Assembly: GCF_009914755.1 (NCBI RefSeq)
Contig: NC_060938.1
Reading direction: 5' to 3' (one strand)
Source of the DNA: the human T2T-CHM13v2.0 reference genome, Homo sapiens
Length of the DNA: 64,000 bases
The notes below the pieces were generated by a model. That model searched no databases and had not been told where the DNA came from. It worked only from the letters and a program-made list of their open reading frames with translations. Below, in pieces: positions 35,360-49,921 of the stretch; position 1 is the stretch's first letter; each line of letters starts with the position of its first letter. The translations under genes and the position numbers were made by a program.

Positions 35360-37160
35360 TCCATTGCACAGGTTGAGGAGCGATGGTGAACACCCGATCA
35401 GAGAATAATTTACAGTAAGACTGGCTGTGATAGAAAGAAATTGGACTACAGCTGAAAGAGGTTAAATAGGGATTTTCTTTTAAATGAATGTTTATATGAG
35501 GAGAGGAATGATCTAGCAGAGAGAGAGAGAGGGAAGATGCAAGAAGAAATAGATTTAATTTTTGTTGTTGCTGTTATTATTTTAGTGCTTTATTTTTGTT
35601 ATATTTTAACTTTTATTTTGATCAAAGTAATACATGAACATAGTTTTAAAAAATCATATAGTATGACTAGGCTTATTGAAGCAGTTCCTCGTCAAACCTT
35701 TTTACACCTCTCATTTGTACTCCCTAAAGACAACAACTTCCCAGCCTTTTAGTTACTTCATCTTATAAATGCCTTTATATTCTAAATCATATCTTAATGT
35801 TACTAGTTTCTGACTTCCCCGCCTCCATTAAGAGAAGATTTGTTGATTCCTATTATGGAATATAATGATTTATTGCTTTGACTAGCACCCACCCCTACCC
35901 ATGGCACATGCACTTTCCTAGCTTCCCAACATAGCTAATTATAATTTTTGATGTCTGCAATATTATATTTAGGTAGATGCCACAGGTAACATTTCCTTTG
36001 TCAAGTAGCTGCTTTTTCCTATACAGTTCATGATTGCAAGGTTTATTTTTTTCACGAAATAACTTAATTTTTCTATGTGTACATCACTAAGTTATCCCTA
36101 AACTCTTTATACACATTTAAATGTCTTCTTAAAATATTCAGACACATCAGGTAATCTCTCCTATTCTTTTTTTTGAGACATTCCTCTTGGAGCCCTTTGA
36201 TCTGGTATAATCAGGATTAATGGCCCTCTGGGCTTGCTACTTAGCAGTGGCTCCGGCCTTTGCCTTCATCTGTTGATTGGATCCCATATCTTCCCCTTTC
36301 TTAATTTACTAACTCTACCAACAAAGGATACATGGGAAATATATATGACATGAAATGATGTGGCTCCTCTTTCATTTATTTGCGATGGGTCCTGAGTGGT
36401 CCTTTCATTCCAACATCCTTCATTTCTGGGAAATTTCCTTTTAAAATATTTTCCCCTTTGTTTTCTCAATTCTCACTTTCTGTAACTTCTATTATTTGGA
36501 TGTTGGGGGTCTGGACTGATTGTCTTATTTTTATATGTCTCTCCTATTTTCTTTTTTGTTCCCTCCTTTTCTGAGAGGATGTTTTCAATTTTAGCTTCTT
36601 ACTTTGCATCAAAGTATTAATTCCTGCTAGCATGTTTCATGTTTAACACTTGCTGTCTTCTGCTATGGTCGGGGAGAGATGTTACTGGACTGTGTGGAGG
36701 TGGATCTAGGGAGGCTGTTTTCAGTCCACTTGCACTATCATTTTTGGAGTTAGGTGCCTCCAATTCCTAAATCTTTCTGAGGTCTTATGATATGACTTGT
36801 TTTGCTTCTGGGCTTTCATTTTAGAAAATGTAGTTACATTTCTTAGAGAGTTGTTGATAAAATAATAAGAAAATATTTACAAGACATTCTCTTGTCAACT
36901 TATTCATATTTGTTGTTGTTTTTAAGGTACACCTTTTTTATTTATTTATACACTGGCAACATACTACATGCATTATAATAGTCGGTCACAAGAATAAATA
37001 ACCATCTTGTATAATACATTTTGAGGTTCTTACTGTCTATCGAGTCATGTCCAAAGTAAACTTCCTTTTATATATTTGTCCCCAATTAGAAGAGTGTTTA
37101 TTTAAAGCAGTGTCTTCTTATAGTTAAAGCTTGTCTAAGAAAATTGTTTCTATAGATGCT

Positions 37161-37720
37161 TAATATAGTTTGTATGTTTGTTCATGCCCAAATCTCATAC
37201 TGAAATGTAATCCCCAATACTGAAGGTGGGGCCTGTTGTGAGGGGACTGGATCATGGGGATGGTTTTCTCATGAATGATTTAGCACCACCCTGCTTGGTA
37301 CTGTCTTTGAGATAGCGAGTGAGTTATTGTGAGATCTGGTCATTTAAAAGTGAGCAGTTTGTAACTCAAAGGATAAGTGCTTGAGGGGATGGATACCCCA
37401 TTTTCCGTGATGTGGTTGTTTCACATTGCCCCATAAATATATACACTTATGTACCCACAAAAAATTTAAAAATAATGAAAAAAAATTAAAAGTATGTAGC
37501 ACCCACCCCCTCACTCTCTTGCTCCTACTTTTGGAATATGGCATGGCTACTCCCCCTTTGCCTTCTGCCATGATTGGAAGCTTCCTGAAGCCTCCCCAGA
37601 AGCAGATGCCGCTATGCTTCCTGTACAGCCTGCAGAACCGTGAGCCAATTAAACTTCTTTTCTTATAAATGACCCAGTCTCAGGTATTTCTTTATAGCAA
37701 TGTGAGAAAGGACTAATACA
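37161..37720 (+). mobile_element. MST solo LTR with an L1MA 3' fragment (37358-37487) inserted
   Basis: Exact 5-bp TSD atgct (37156-37160, 37721-37725); insert matches L1MA1-3 3'UTR (ggataagtgcttgaggggatggatacccc). Confidence 0.88.
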
Positions 37721-38924
37721 ATGCTTTTTAGAAATCCTTTCTTTATAGAAAATATATTAAACGTAGCCTTAAGAAAATAGAAGAACTGACAGAATTATCA
37801 CTCAGAGGGTAAGCAGCTCAGGGATAAATTTTTCTCCTTTTTAATTTAATCTCATGAATTTAAGAGAAAATATATAGTTGATATCCAGACAAAATTCAAA
37901 TTATTTTACATAATAGCACGCCCAGAATATGGTCAAGTCAGGTATTTGAATCTTTGAAAACTGTGGTTTTCTAATGCACAAGGAATGATGTTAGGTTTCC
38001 TAATCTATTTATGTTTATCTGAAGATTATACTTTCCTGTTTATCAATTTGTTCCTTCCCTTATTTCTAAATTGATACTAAGTGCATGATTTTAGTACCCT
38101 GGGAATGGGTTTGGAAATACTGCGAGGGAGTTATTTTGGCTGCTCTTCGCATGTGCATTATAGTTACTGCCATTGACAGCTCTCATTACCCCAGCTGTCA
38201 AACTACTTGCTTGTCCAGTGTAGCAGGCCCAGACATTTTGACACAAAGACTGGAAAAGCAAGAATCATGGCCAAATACCACCCTTGAATTATCATACTCT
38301 AAAGATAAATATTTACGATAAAACATAAATTGATAAATATATTTATCTAAATAGAGAAGCTGATCTAGAAGAGCAAAAACAAAAAACCGTAAAATTCTAG
38401 GAAAAAAATGGATAGTTTCTCATATTATTCTATTTTTAGTTTAACTTTCTGCATTTTATTTCCAGCAGTTTGAGAATAAAACTTCGTGTTTTAATTTCTG
38501 TATTGCTACTTTGCTACCATGCTATTAATGAGTCATGACATCTTGAATTTATGGGGTACAAGCAGCCAAGCAGTCTTAACCTTTTTCCCAGAACTTCCTT
38601 TGTGTTAGTTTGAAGTACCTTTCTTTCTCTTGAACTTTCTGCCATGTCTATGATAAAGGTATGTGACTTCCCTGTTCTAGATTTTTATTTTCCTAACAGC
38701 TCCTCCCAGGCTTACTCAGCATGACTCAGCAGCATGAAAGGACCCCAAATAATGTGCACAGGGACCAACAGAGGACAATGAAATAAGACTGTGAATTCCC
38801 AAGAAATACGATGACATTCAGGAACAATTATTTGATACCACTACCCAGTATTTCATTCATGGACATTAATAGGGGTCTTTGTTACAAAATCAGTCTTCTT
38901 TGTAGTCCACAATTGAAGGCTACA

Positions 38925-39092
38925 CATCTTTAGACTTTTAACCATCTCTCTTGACTTCAGCTTTTTTTTTTTTTTAATTTGTAAAGTTGGAATAATAGCA
39001 ACTACCACATGGGTTTGTTGTGAGGACTAAGTGAAATAATGATTGTAAGGTGTTCATCAATGCCTGGCACACTGTAAGTGTTCAATAATAGC
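38925..39092 (+). mobile_element. MIR
   Basis: gggtttgttgtgaggactaagtga...tgcctggcacactgtaagtgttcaataa. Confidence 0.75.
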
Positions 39093-39588
39093 TCTCATCT
39101 CCACAGTACCTTCTTTTGCTAATCTCTTGTTAGTTATCTAGCCTTTGGAGCTGGTTAGGATTTTTTTGGAAACAAACAAATGTCACTTAGAGCAATGTCT
39201 TGCAAATTAAATGTGTGAACACTTTGATTGGAGTGAAACCATCTTCAATCAAAAATCCAGGTGTAGCAGTGAAGAAGGAAGACAAATTTTCTTTTGTGAA
39301 TGGCAAGTGGTCTCTGAAGTCAATTCCAAAAGGCATCCCAAAAACTACAGACATAAGTATAGAGCTTCCAAGATAGACTCCTTTAAAGTAGTTGGCAACC
39401 TTGAGGATGCAAAGAATTGTTGCTCTGTGTTAACTCACCCATAAAACATCTTTGAACAGCTACTATGTACCAGATATTGTTGTAAAGTCCCTGTTTTATC
39501 ATCTGGTGAGAGAGACAGGCTTCAAACTCTAAACAATTTTGTAAGCTGCCTTGTGCTGTGAGAGTCTATGGGTAGTTAACCTAGTCAG

Positions 39589-39638
39589 GTGTGTGTGTGT
39601 GCGTGTGTGTGTGTGTGTGTGTGTGCGTGTGTGTGTGT
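39589..39638. repeat. (TG)n microsatellite, twice interrupted by CG
   Basis: Seen directly; lies within degraded L2-like sequence. Confidence 0.95.
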
Positions 39639-39968
39639 ATTGATGGGCATTTGACTTGAGAGGATTGCCTTTACTTCAGTGTGAAGAATGAATAGCTGTG
39701 GTGGAAGGAGGTTAGAAGTCTGGGTTATAATGGTTAAGAGGCTCCAGTGGGGATTCCAGAGACTTTCAGGCAGCAAATTTAAGGGTTTAGTTAAATTAGA
39801 TTTAGAAGGTGAGAGAAAGGAGAGACATCAAGGATGGCTCCTCCTTTTTGGCATTTTCAGCTGGCTCCTTGGAATTCCAGGGATGGGGAACACCAGGCGA
39901 GAAGTACCTTCTTGAAATCTGCAAGGAACTAGGGGTGGTTGATCCTAAAAGCACATTCTAGTAGCCTA

Positions 39969-40430
<462 letters not shown>

Positions 40431-41072
40431 CTATTTAAAAAAAAAAAAAAGACCATTTCCATCAAATAAAACAAAAAAATCTTTCTTATCTTCCTGTGCT
40501 GCGTGGGGAACTACCCAGGAGAGTGTTTGGGAAGTGAATTCCTGAGTGGGAGAAAAGCATAAACGAGGACGCCGAGCCAAGAAAGGGCCTGGTGTCTCTG
40601 GGGGACTGAATATCCTAATGTGAATGGTGTGAACAATCTACAAAGAAAAATGAAAAGCTTATTTGTTGGCTTTATGAATTGAAAATTATTTAATACACTA
40701 TTATTAAGTAGATTTCTTTCAAAGATGATAATGTAGTAAAATAGTATTTTAATAAAAAATCAAGTTAAAGTAGAGAGGAAGAGCAGAGTGGTTGCTTAAT
40801 TCTTAGGCCTAAATTCTAAATGAAATTAATTTTGGAGGAAGATGCCAATTTATCTTGTTTTTCAAACAACCTGGTATGAAACAGAGTGATAAAATCAGCA
40901 TAGCCCATGTAACTCTATTACATAAAGGAGAGAGTTTGATTTTTTTTGTATGTACCAACCGTTAAAAACATTTTTGTCTGACCTTGCAGGATGAAAAATT
41001 CATTCCTTTGGTTCATTTTAGAGATGCATTTGTTCCAAAGAGAGGTACTTTTTTATTATTTGTCATTTACAT

Positions 41073-41396
41073 CAAGGATGGCCAGACTTTTTCTGTAAAG
41101 AGCTAAATAGTAAATAGTTTAAGCTTTGTTGAACCAGGAGACAAAATCAAGGATAGTATTTAGGCACTTATATAACAAGAGAGAAAATAATTTCCACAAA
41201 TTTTTAATTGATGAAATTCAAAACATTATTAATGGATACGGAAATTTAAATTTCATGTAATTATTCTCACTTATGAAATATTCTTCTTTTTAAAAAACAC
41301 CATTAAAATATAAAAGAACTGTTCTTAGCTTATAGGCCAAACAAAAACAGGTGGTGAGCCAGATTTGGTCTGTGGGCCCTTCCTTTGCCAACACTT
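41073..41396 (+). mobile_element. MER58-family hAT MITE (MER58D-like)
   Basis: actttttctgtaaagagctaaatagtaaata start; exact 8-bp TSD atttacat (41065-41072, 41397-41404). Confidence 0.85.
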
Positions 41397-41592
41397 ATTT
41401 ACATTACACTGTGAAAGAAAGAGTCTGTTAGTCATTTTATGGGATCAGGGTTTTCTCTTTGGAACAAAGGAGAGACCATGAGGACATTGGCCATTGTTAC
41501 TTGAAAGTGTGTGTGAGGTGGTGGGGGCCTGGTGTGGGCATTTTGGGTTTGTCTGATCTTTTGGTTTTCTACTTTTAGAAAAGCCCTGGGTA

Positions 41593-41816
41593 GCTGGGAG
41601 CTAAATAATGTACACACATGGATGTAGTGTATGGAATGACAGACAGTGGAGACTTGGCAGGGTGAGAGGGTTGGCAGGAAATGGAGGATAAGAAATTACT
41701 TAATGAGTACATTGGGTTATTTGGGTGAAAGATACCTTAAAAGCCTTGACTTCTGCACAATCTATGCACGTAGCAAAAACTACATTTACACACCATACAT
41801 TTAAACAAGAAAGAAA
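41593..41816 (+). mobile_element. 5'-truncated L1PB4-like 3' end
   Basis: TSD agaaaag(c/t)cctgggta (41577-41592, 41817-41832). Confidence 0.85.
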
Positions 41817-42470
41817 AGAAAAGTCCTGGGTAAGTAAAATGTCTGAAAAAGCCTTTAAAAATTTTTTTATTTTAGGTTCAGGGGTGCGTATGCAGGTTCA
41901 TTATACAGATAAACTCACGTCATGGGGATTTGTTGTACAGATTATTTCATCACCCAGGTACTAAGCCTAGTACTCAATAGTTATTTTTTTCTGCTCCTCT
42001 CCCTCCTCCCACCCTTCACCCTCAAGTAGGCCCCAGTATCTGTTGCTCCCTTGTGTCCATGAGTTCCTTCCTTTGTGTAATTTAGCTCCAACTTACAAGT
42101 GAGAATATGTGGTATTTGTTTTTCTGTTCCTGTATTCGTTTGCTAAGGATAATGGCCTCCAGCTCCATCCATGCTCCCACAAAAGACATGATCTTATTAT
42201 TTTTTTTTATGGCTGCATAGTATTTCATGGTATATACGTACCACATTTTCTTTATTCACTCTACCATTGATGGACATTTAGGTTGATTCCATGTATTTGC
42301 TATTGTTAATAGTGCTGTAATGGACATTTGTGTGCATGTATCTTCATGGTAGAATGATTTATATTCCTCTGGGTATGTAACAACCTAAATGGGATTGCTG
42401 GGTTGAATGGTAGTTCTGTTTTTAGCTCTTTGAGGAATTGCCACACTGCTTTCCACAATAGTTGAACTAA

Positions 42471-42923
<453 letters not shown>

Positions 42924-43314
42924 TGATTTGCGTTTCTCTAATGGTTAGTAAATTTTTTTTCATAAGCTCATTGGCTGCATCTGTGTCTTCTTTTGAGAAG
43001 TGTCTGTTCATGTCATTTGCCCACTTTTTAATAGAGCCGTTTGCTTTTTCTTGGAAATTTGTTTAAGTTCCTTATAGATGCTACATATTAGACCTTTGCC
43101 AGATGCATAGTTTGCAAAAATTTTCTCTCATTCGGTAGGTTGTCTGTTCACTCTGTTTATAATTTCCTTTGCTGTGTAGAAGCTCTTAGGTTTAATTAGA
43201 TCTTATTTGTCAATTTTTGTTTTGGCTGCAATTGCTTTTGGCATTGTCATCATGAAATCTTTGGCCGTTCCTATGTCTAGGATGGTATTGCCTAGGTTGT
43301 CTTCCAGGGTTTTT

Positions 43315-45604
43315 TTTTTAATTTTAATTTTTAGTTCTGGGATACGTGTGCAGGATGTGCAGGTTTGTTATGTAGGTAAACGTGTGCCACAGTGGTTTGC
43401 TGCACCTGTCAACCCATCACTTAGGTATTAAGCCCATCATGCATTAGTTATTTTTCCTAATGCTCTCCCCCACACCTCACCCCTGGACAGGCCCCAGTGT
43501 GTGTTGTTCCCCTCTCTGTGTCCATGTGTTCTTATTGTTCAGCTTCCACTTACAACTGAGAATATGTGGTATATTTGGTTTTCTATTACTGCGTTAGTTT
43601 GCTGAGGATAATGGCTTCCAGCCTGGCTGCGTAGTATTCCATGGTGTATATGTACCACATTTTCTTTATCCAGTCCATCACTGATGAGCATTTAGATTGA
43701 TTCCATGTCTTTGCTATTGTGGACAGTGCTGCAGTGAACATTTGTGTGCATGTACCTTTGTAATAGAATGATTTATATTGCTTTGGGTATATACCTCATA
43801 GTGGGATTGCTGGGTCAAATGGTATTTCTGGTTCTAGATCTTTGAGGAATTGCCACACTGTTCAATGGTTGAACTAATTTACACTCCCACCAATGGTGTA
43901 AAACGTTCCCATTTCTCCACAGCTGTGCCAGAATCTGTTGTTTCTTGACTTTTTAATACTGGCCGTTCTGACTGGCATGAGATGGTATCTTATTGTGGTT
44001 TTGATTTGCATTTCTCTAATGATCAGTGATGTTGAGCCTTTTTCATATGTTTGCTGGCTACATGAATGTCTTCTTTTAAGAAATGTCTGTTCATGTCCTT
44101 TTCCCACTTTTTAATAGGGTTGTTTGTTTTTTTCTTGTAAATTTGTTTGAGTTCCTTTGTAGATTCTGGATATTAAACCTTTGTTGGATAGGTAGATTGC
44201 AGAAATTTTCTCCCACTCTGTAGGTTGCCTGTTCACTCTGATGACAGTTTCTTTTGCTGTGCATAAGCTCTTTAGTTTAATTAGATCCCGTTTGTCAATT
44301 TTTGCTTTTGTTGCAATTGCTTTTCATGTCTTTGCCATACAATCTTTGCCCATGCCTATGTCCTGAATGGTATTGCCTAGATTCTCTTCTAGGATCTTTA
44401 TAGTTTGGGATTTTACATTTAAATCTTTAATCCATCCAAGGTTTGAGGAAGGGGTCCAGTTTCAATTTTCTGCAAATGGATAGCCAGTTCTCCTAGCACC
44501 ATTTATTGAATAGGGAATCCTTTTCTCATTGCTTGTTTTTGTAAGGTTTGTTGAAGATTAGATGCTTGTAGCTGTACTATCTTAATTCTGAGTTCTCTAT
44601 TCTGTTCCATTGGTCTATGTGTCTGTTTTTGTACCAGTACCATGCTGTTTTGGTTATTGCAGCCTTATAGTATAGTTTGAAGTCTGGTAGCAAGATGCCT
44701 CCAGCTTTGTTCTTTTCTCTTAGAATTGTCTTGGCTATATGGGCTCTTTTTTGGTTCCATATGAACTTTAAAATAGTTTTTTTCTAATTCTGTGAAGAAT
44801 TTCAATGGTAGTTTAATGGGAATAGCATTAAATCTATAAATTACTTTGGGCAGTATGACCATTTTCACGATATTGATTCTTCTTATGAGCATGGAATATT
44901 TTTCCATTTGCTTGTGTCCTCTCTGGTTTCCTTAAGCAGTGGTTTGTAGTTCTCCTTGAAGAGGCCCTTCACTTCCCTTGTTAGCTGTATTCCTAGGTAT
45001 TTTATTCTCTTTGTAGCAATTGTGAATGGGAGTTCATTCATGATTTGGCTCTCCACTTGTGTGTTGTTGGTGTACAGGAATGCTAGCAATTTTTGCGCAC
45101 TGATTTTGCTGAAGTTGCTTATCGGCTTAAGAAGCTTTTGGGCTTAGAAGATGGGGTTTTCTAGATATAGGATCATGTCATCTGCAAACAAAGACAATTT
45201 GACATCCTCCCTTCCTATTTAAATATGCTTTATTTTGTTCTTTTGCCTGATTGCCCTGGCCAGAACTTCCAATACTATGTTAAATAGGAGTGGTGAGAGA
45301 GGGCATCCTTGTCTTGTGCCAGTTTTCAAAGGAAATGCTCCCAGCTTTGCCCATTCAGTATGATATTGGCTGTGGGTTTATCATAAATGGCTTTTATTAT
45401 TTTGAGGTATGTTCCTTCAATACTTTGTTTATTGAGAGTTTTAAACATGAAGATATGTTGACTTTTATTTAAGGCCTTTTCTGCGTCTATTGAGATAATC
45501 ACATGGTTTTTGTCTTTAGATCTGTTTATATGATGAATTACGTTTATTGATTTGCGTATGTTGAACCAGCCTTGCATCCTGGGACTGAAGCCAACTTGAT
45601 CGTG
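43315..45604 (-). mobile_element. 5'-truncated L1PA10-like element nested in the older L1, same orientation
   Basis: TSD gtcttc(c/t)agggttttt (43299-43314, 45605-45620); has its own 3'UTR and poly-A. Confidence 0.88.
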
Positions 45605-46837
45605 GTCTTCTAGGGTTTTTATAGTTTTGGATTTTGCATTTAAGTCTTTACTCTGTCTTGAATTGATTTTTGTATATGGTGAAAGGAAGGGGTCCAGCTT
45701 CAGTCTTCTCCATATGGCTAGCCAGTTCTCCCAGCACCATTTATTGAATAGGGAGTCCTTTCCCCATCGCTTCTTGTTGTTAGCTTTGTTGAAGATCAGA
45801 TGGTTGTAGGTGTGTGGCCATATTTCTGGGCTCTCTATTCTGTTTCATTAGTCTATGTGCCTGTTTTTGTATCAGTACTATGCAGTTTTGTTTACTGTAG
45901 CCCTGTAGTATAGTTTGAAGTTGGGTAGCAACTTGCTTAGGATTGCCTTGGCTATTTGGGCTCTTTTTTGGTTCCGTGTGGATTTTAAAATAGTTTTTCC
46001 CTAGTTCTGTGAAGAATGTCATTAATAGTTTGATAGTCATACCATTGAATCTGCAAATTGTTTTGGGCAGTATGGCCATTTTAATGATATTGATTTTTTT
46101 TTTATCCATGAGCATGGAATGTTTTTCCGTTTGTTTTTGTCATCTCTGATTTCTTTGAGCAATGTTTTGTAATTCTCATTGTAGAGCTCTTTCACCTCCC
46201 TGGTTAGCTGTATTCCTGTATTCCTAGGCATTTTATTTTTTTTGTGGTAACGGTGAATGGGATTGCATTCCTGGCTTATTTCTTGGCATGACTGTTGTTG
46301 GTGATTTTTGTACATTCCTGGTGAATTTTGTGCGTTGATTGTGTATCCTGAAACTTTGCTGAAGTTGTCAGCTGAAGGAGCTTTTGGATTGAGATTATGG
46401 GTTTTTCTAGATATACTGAAAAAGTCTTTATTTCACCTTCATTTTTGAAATGTATACAAAATTAAATGACTGTGGAAACTCAAATGATGTTTTTGAGAAT
46501 ATATCTGTGCTTTCACTCTAAAATTTGGGTCTTTTGCCTTACAAAAATGTAATCAATCATTGTATTGCACAGTTACATTTTTTTAAACATTATTTATTAT
46601 GATAAGTTATCAAGATTTGTGAGTTAATTTGAAGTGTTCATCCCCAATTATCCTACTCATACTATCAAATTCAAACTTTTTTACCTTATTAGTTATGCCA
46701 GTTACAAAGATTTTGAGAAAATATTGGTGTTGTGTCACAGTTGGCTGTCTTTGAAAAATCAAACACTGCTATGATGAAAGTTAGTATGAGGTTCATGTGA
46801 TGAGGAGGTCATGTTCCCAAATCAGCACTTACTTTAA

Positions 46838-48762
46838 AAAACCCTGTTGTCTCAGACCAAAAGCTTCTTACATTGATAAGCAACTTCAGCAAATTCTCAG
46901 GACACAAAATCAGTGTGCAAAAGTTGCTAGCATTCTTGTACACCAACAACAGGCAAGCAGAGAGCCAAATAATGAATGAACTCCCATTCACAATTGCTAC
47001 AGAAAGAATAAATACCTAGGACTATAGCTAATAAGGGAAGTGAAGGACCTCTTCAAGGAGAACTATAAACCACTGCTCAAAGAAATCAGAGATGACCCAA
47101 ACAAATGGAGAAACATTTCTTGCTCATGGATAGGAAGAATCAATATTGTGAAAATGGCCATACTGCCCAAAGTAATTTATAGATTTAATGCTATTCCCAT
47201 TAAACTACCATTGACATTCTTCACAGAATTAGAAAAAGCTATTTTAAAGCTCATGTGGAACAAAAAAAGAGCCCATGTAGCCAAGGCAATCCTAAGTGAA
47301 AAGAATAAGGCTGGAGGCATCACACTGCCCAATTTCAAACTATACTAAAGGCTACAGTAACCACAACAGCATGGTACTGGTACAAGAACAGACACATAGA
47401 TGAATAGAACAGAATAGAGAGCTCAGAAATGAGACGTCGCACCTACAACCATCAGATCTTTGACAAAGCTGACAACAAGAAGCAATGGAGAAAAGAATCC
47501 CTATTTAATAAATGGCACCAGGAGAAGTGGTTATCCATATGTAGAAAATTGAAACTGGACCCTTTCCTCACACCATATACAAAAATTAACTCAAGATGGA
47601 TTAAAGACTTAAATGTAAAACCCCAAACTACAAAGACCCTAGAAGAAAATCTAGGCAGTATCATCAGGATAGAGGTATGGGCAAAGATTTCAAGATGAAA
47701 ATGCCAAAAGCAATTGCAACAAAAGCAAACATTGACAAATGGGATCTAATTAAACTAAACAGCTATTCCACAGCAAAAGAAACTATAATCAGAGTGAACA
47801 GACAACCTACAAAATTGGGGAAAATTTTTGCAATCTATCCATCTGACAAAAGTCCAATATCCAGAGCTTATCAGGAACTTAAATCTACAAGAAAAAAACA
47901 AACAACCCCATTAAAAAGTGGGTAAAGGACATGAGCAGACATTTCTCAAAAGAAGACATACTTGTGGCCAGCAAACTTATGGAAAAGAGCTCAACCTTAC
48001 TGATTATTAGAGAAATGAAAATCAGAACCACAATGAGATATCATCTCATGCCAGTTAGAATGGCTATTATTAAAAAGTCAAAAAACAACAGTTGCTGGAG
48101 AGGTTGTGGAGAAAAAGCAATACTTTTACACTGTTGGTGGGAGTATAAATTAGTTCAACCATTGTGGAAGACAGTGTGGCAATTCCTCAAATAGCTTGAG
48201 GCAGAAATACCATTTGACCCAGCAATCCCATTACGGGGTATATACCCAAAAGAATATAAATCATTCTACCATAAAGATACATGCATGCAAATGTTCATTG
48301 CAGCACTATTCACAATAGCAAAGACATGGAATCAACCTAAATGCCCACCAATGATAGAATGAATAAAGGAAATGTGGTATATATATACCATGGAATACTA
48401 TGCAGCCATAAAAAGAATGAGATCATCTCCTTTGCAGGGACATGGATGGAGTTGAAAGCCTTTATCCTCAGCAAACTAATGCAGGAACAGAAAACCAAAC
48501 ACCACATGTTGTCACTTATAAGTGGGAGCTGAATGATGAGAACACATGGACACATTGAGGGAGAACAACACACACTGGAGCCAGTCAGTGGGTATGGCAG
48601 GAGGGAGAGCACCAGGAAGAACAGCTAATGGATGCTGGGCTTAATACCTAGGTGATGAGATGATCTGTGCAACGAACCACCGTGGCACGTTTACCTGTAT
48701 AACAAACCTGCACGTCCTGCACATGTACCCATGAACTTAAAATAAAAGTTGAAGGAAAAAAA
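46838..48762 (+). mobile_element. 5'-truncated L1P (L1PA12/L1PREC2-like), sense to host
   Basis: ORF2 C-terminal peptides in the ORF track (47040-48532), 3'UTR and aataaa at ~48741; no TSD found. Confidence 0.88.
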
Positions 48763-49249
48763 TGATGAACTGGCAAAATTAACCTTGAGCATCTTGAAGA
48801 AAAAGGGCTATGTGAGAAGAACACAAGCAAGTTAAGCAGGGCCAAGCTGAGCTTGTGATGAACTGTCTGCTTAATATTTAGGGACTGTACCTCTCCTTAA
48901 GACCAGAATCACACTCTTTGTGATGAGATACTCAGACTCCAAGGCTGCACCAGGAACTGAGAGTGACCTGAAAGCAGCTAAATCAAGCTTGTCCTCTCAT
49001 GCACACACCAGAGCCTTGATTTAGCATTACTTCTTTCCCCTCTTCTACCTCCAAAATACAGAGTTTACCCTATGGGAGCTAAATGAATATAGGATCACTA
49101 AACAACTTAACACATGAAATGATTCTAAGTGTAAATTTGATTTTAGATCATCCATCTATATTATACTGCAACTTGCAAAAGCAGTGATTTCTAGTGTTTC
49201 AGAGAGTCCTTGGGTCCTGTGGAGGGGTGAGGGCAGGAATGAGTGGGTG

Positions 49250-49323
49250 GGCTGTGGTCCTTCCAGCACCCTCCATTGGCCTTCATGGCTGTGGTCCTTC
49301 CAGCACCCTCCATCAGCCTTCAC
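49250..49323. repeat. 37-bp tandem duplication (2 copies, 34/37 identical)
   Basis: ggctgtggtccttccagcaccctccat..gccttca occurs twice. Confidence 0.9.
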
Positions 49324-49421
49324 CTGACTGCAACATTCCCCATCGATCTGCTTTATACACTGGGCCTCCAAGTATGAGTTTGTTTGACAGATAGGTCCTA
49401 CCATTTAAAAAAGTTGAAAGT

Positions 49422-49550
49422 GGCCAGGCTCAGTGGCTTACACTGTAATCCCGGCACTCTGGGTGGCTGAAGTGCGAGGATCACCTGAGCCCAGAAATTT
49501 GAGACCAGCCTGAGCAACATAGTGAGGCCCTGTCTCAAAAAAAAAAAAAA
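49422..49550 (+). mobile_element. FLAM (free left Alu monomer)
   Basis: Single monomer with A tail; TSD aaaaaag(t/a)tgaaag. Confidence 0.85.
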
Positions 49551-49921
49551 AAAGATGAAAGCCATGGATGTAAAGTATAGTTTCAATATTCTTAATTTTC
49601 CAGTGTCATAGCAGTTTCCTGGAGCGATGCAGGTAGAGTGCCTGGTTAGGCCACCGAGGAGATTTCTTGCTTCTCTCAGAGGGTGGCTCTTTTGTCAAAC
49701 TGCCCATTAACTCCCTTAGGAGAGAAAGGGATGGGAAGTAAGGAAAGATACCCTCAAAACTTGTTTGCTCAATCTGTGAAATTTACCCCCTTTTTGTAAT
49801 TTATTACACATATCCTTTGAGGGGATAGGTGGGGGAAAGACAGTTACCCAACCCCTGTCCTGGTAAGGTCCACAGCAATTCAGGGCTCTCAGGGTTCCAA
49901 AGTTACACTGTGGGCTGGGAC

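Noticed and set aside
43874-48612. RT-like ORFs on both strands as a novel reverse-transcriptase system
   Set aside because: All are fragments of ordinary 5'-truncated L1 copies with 3'UTRs and mostly clear TSDs.
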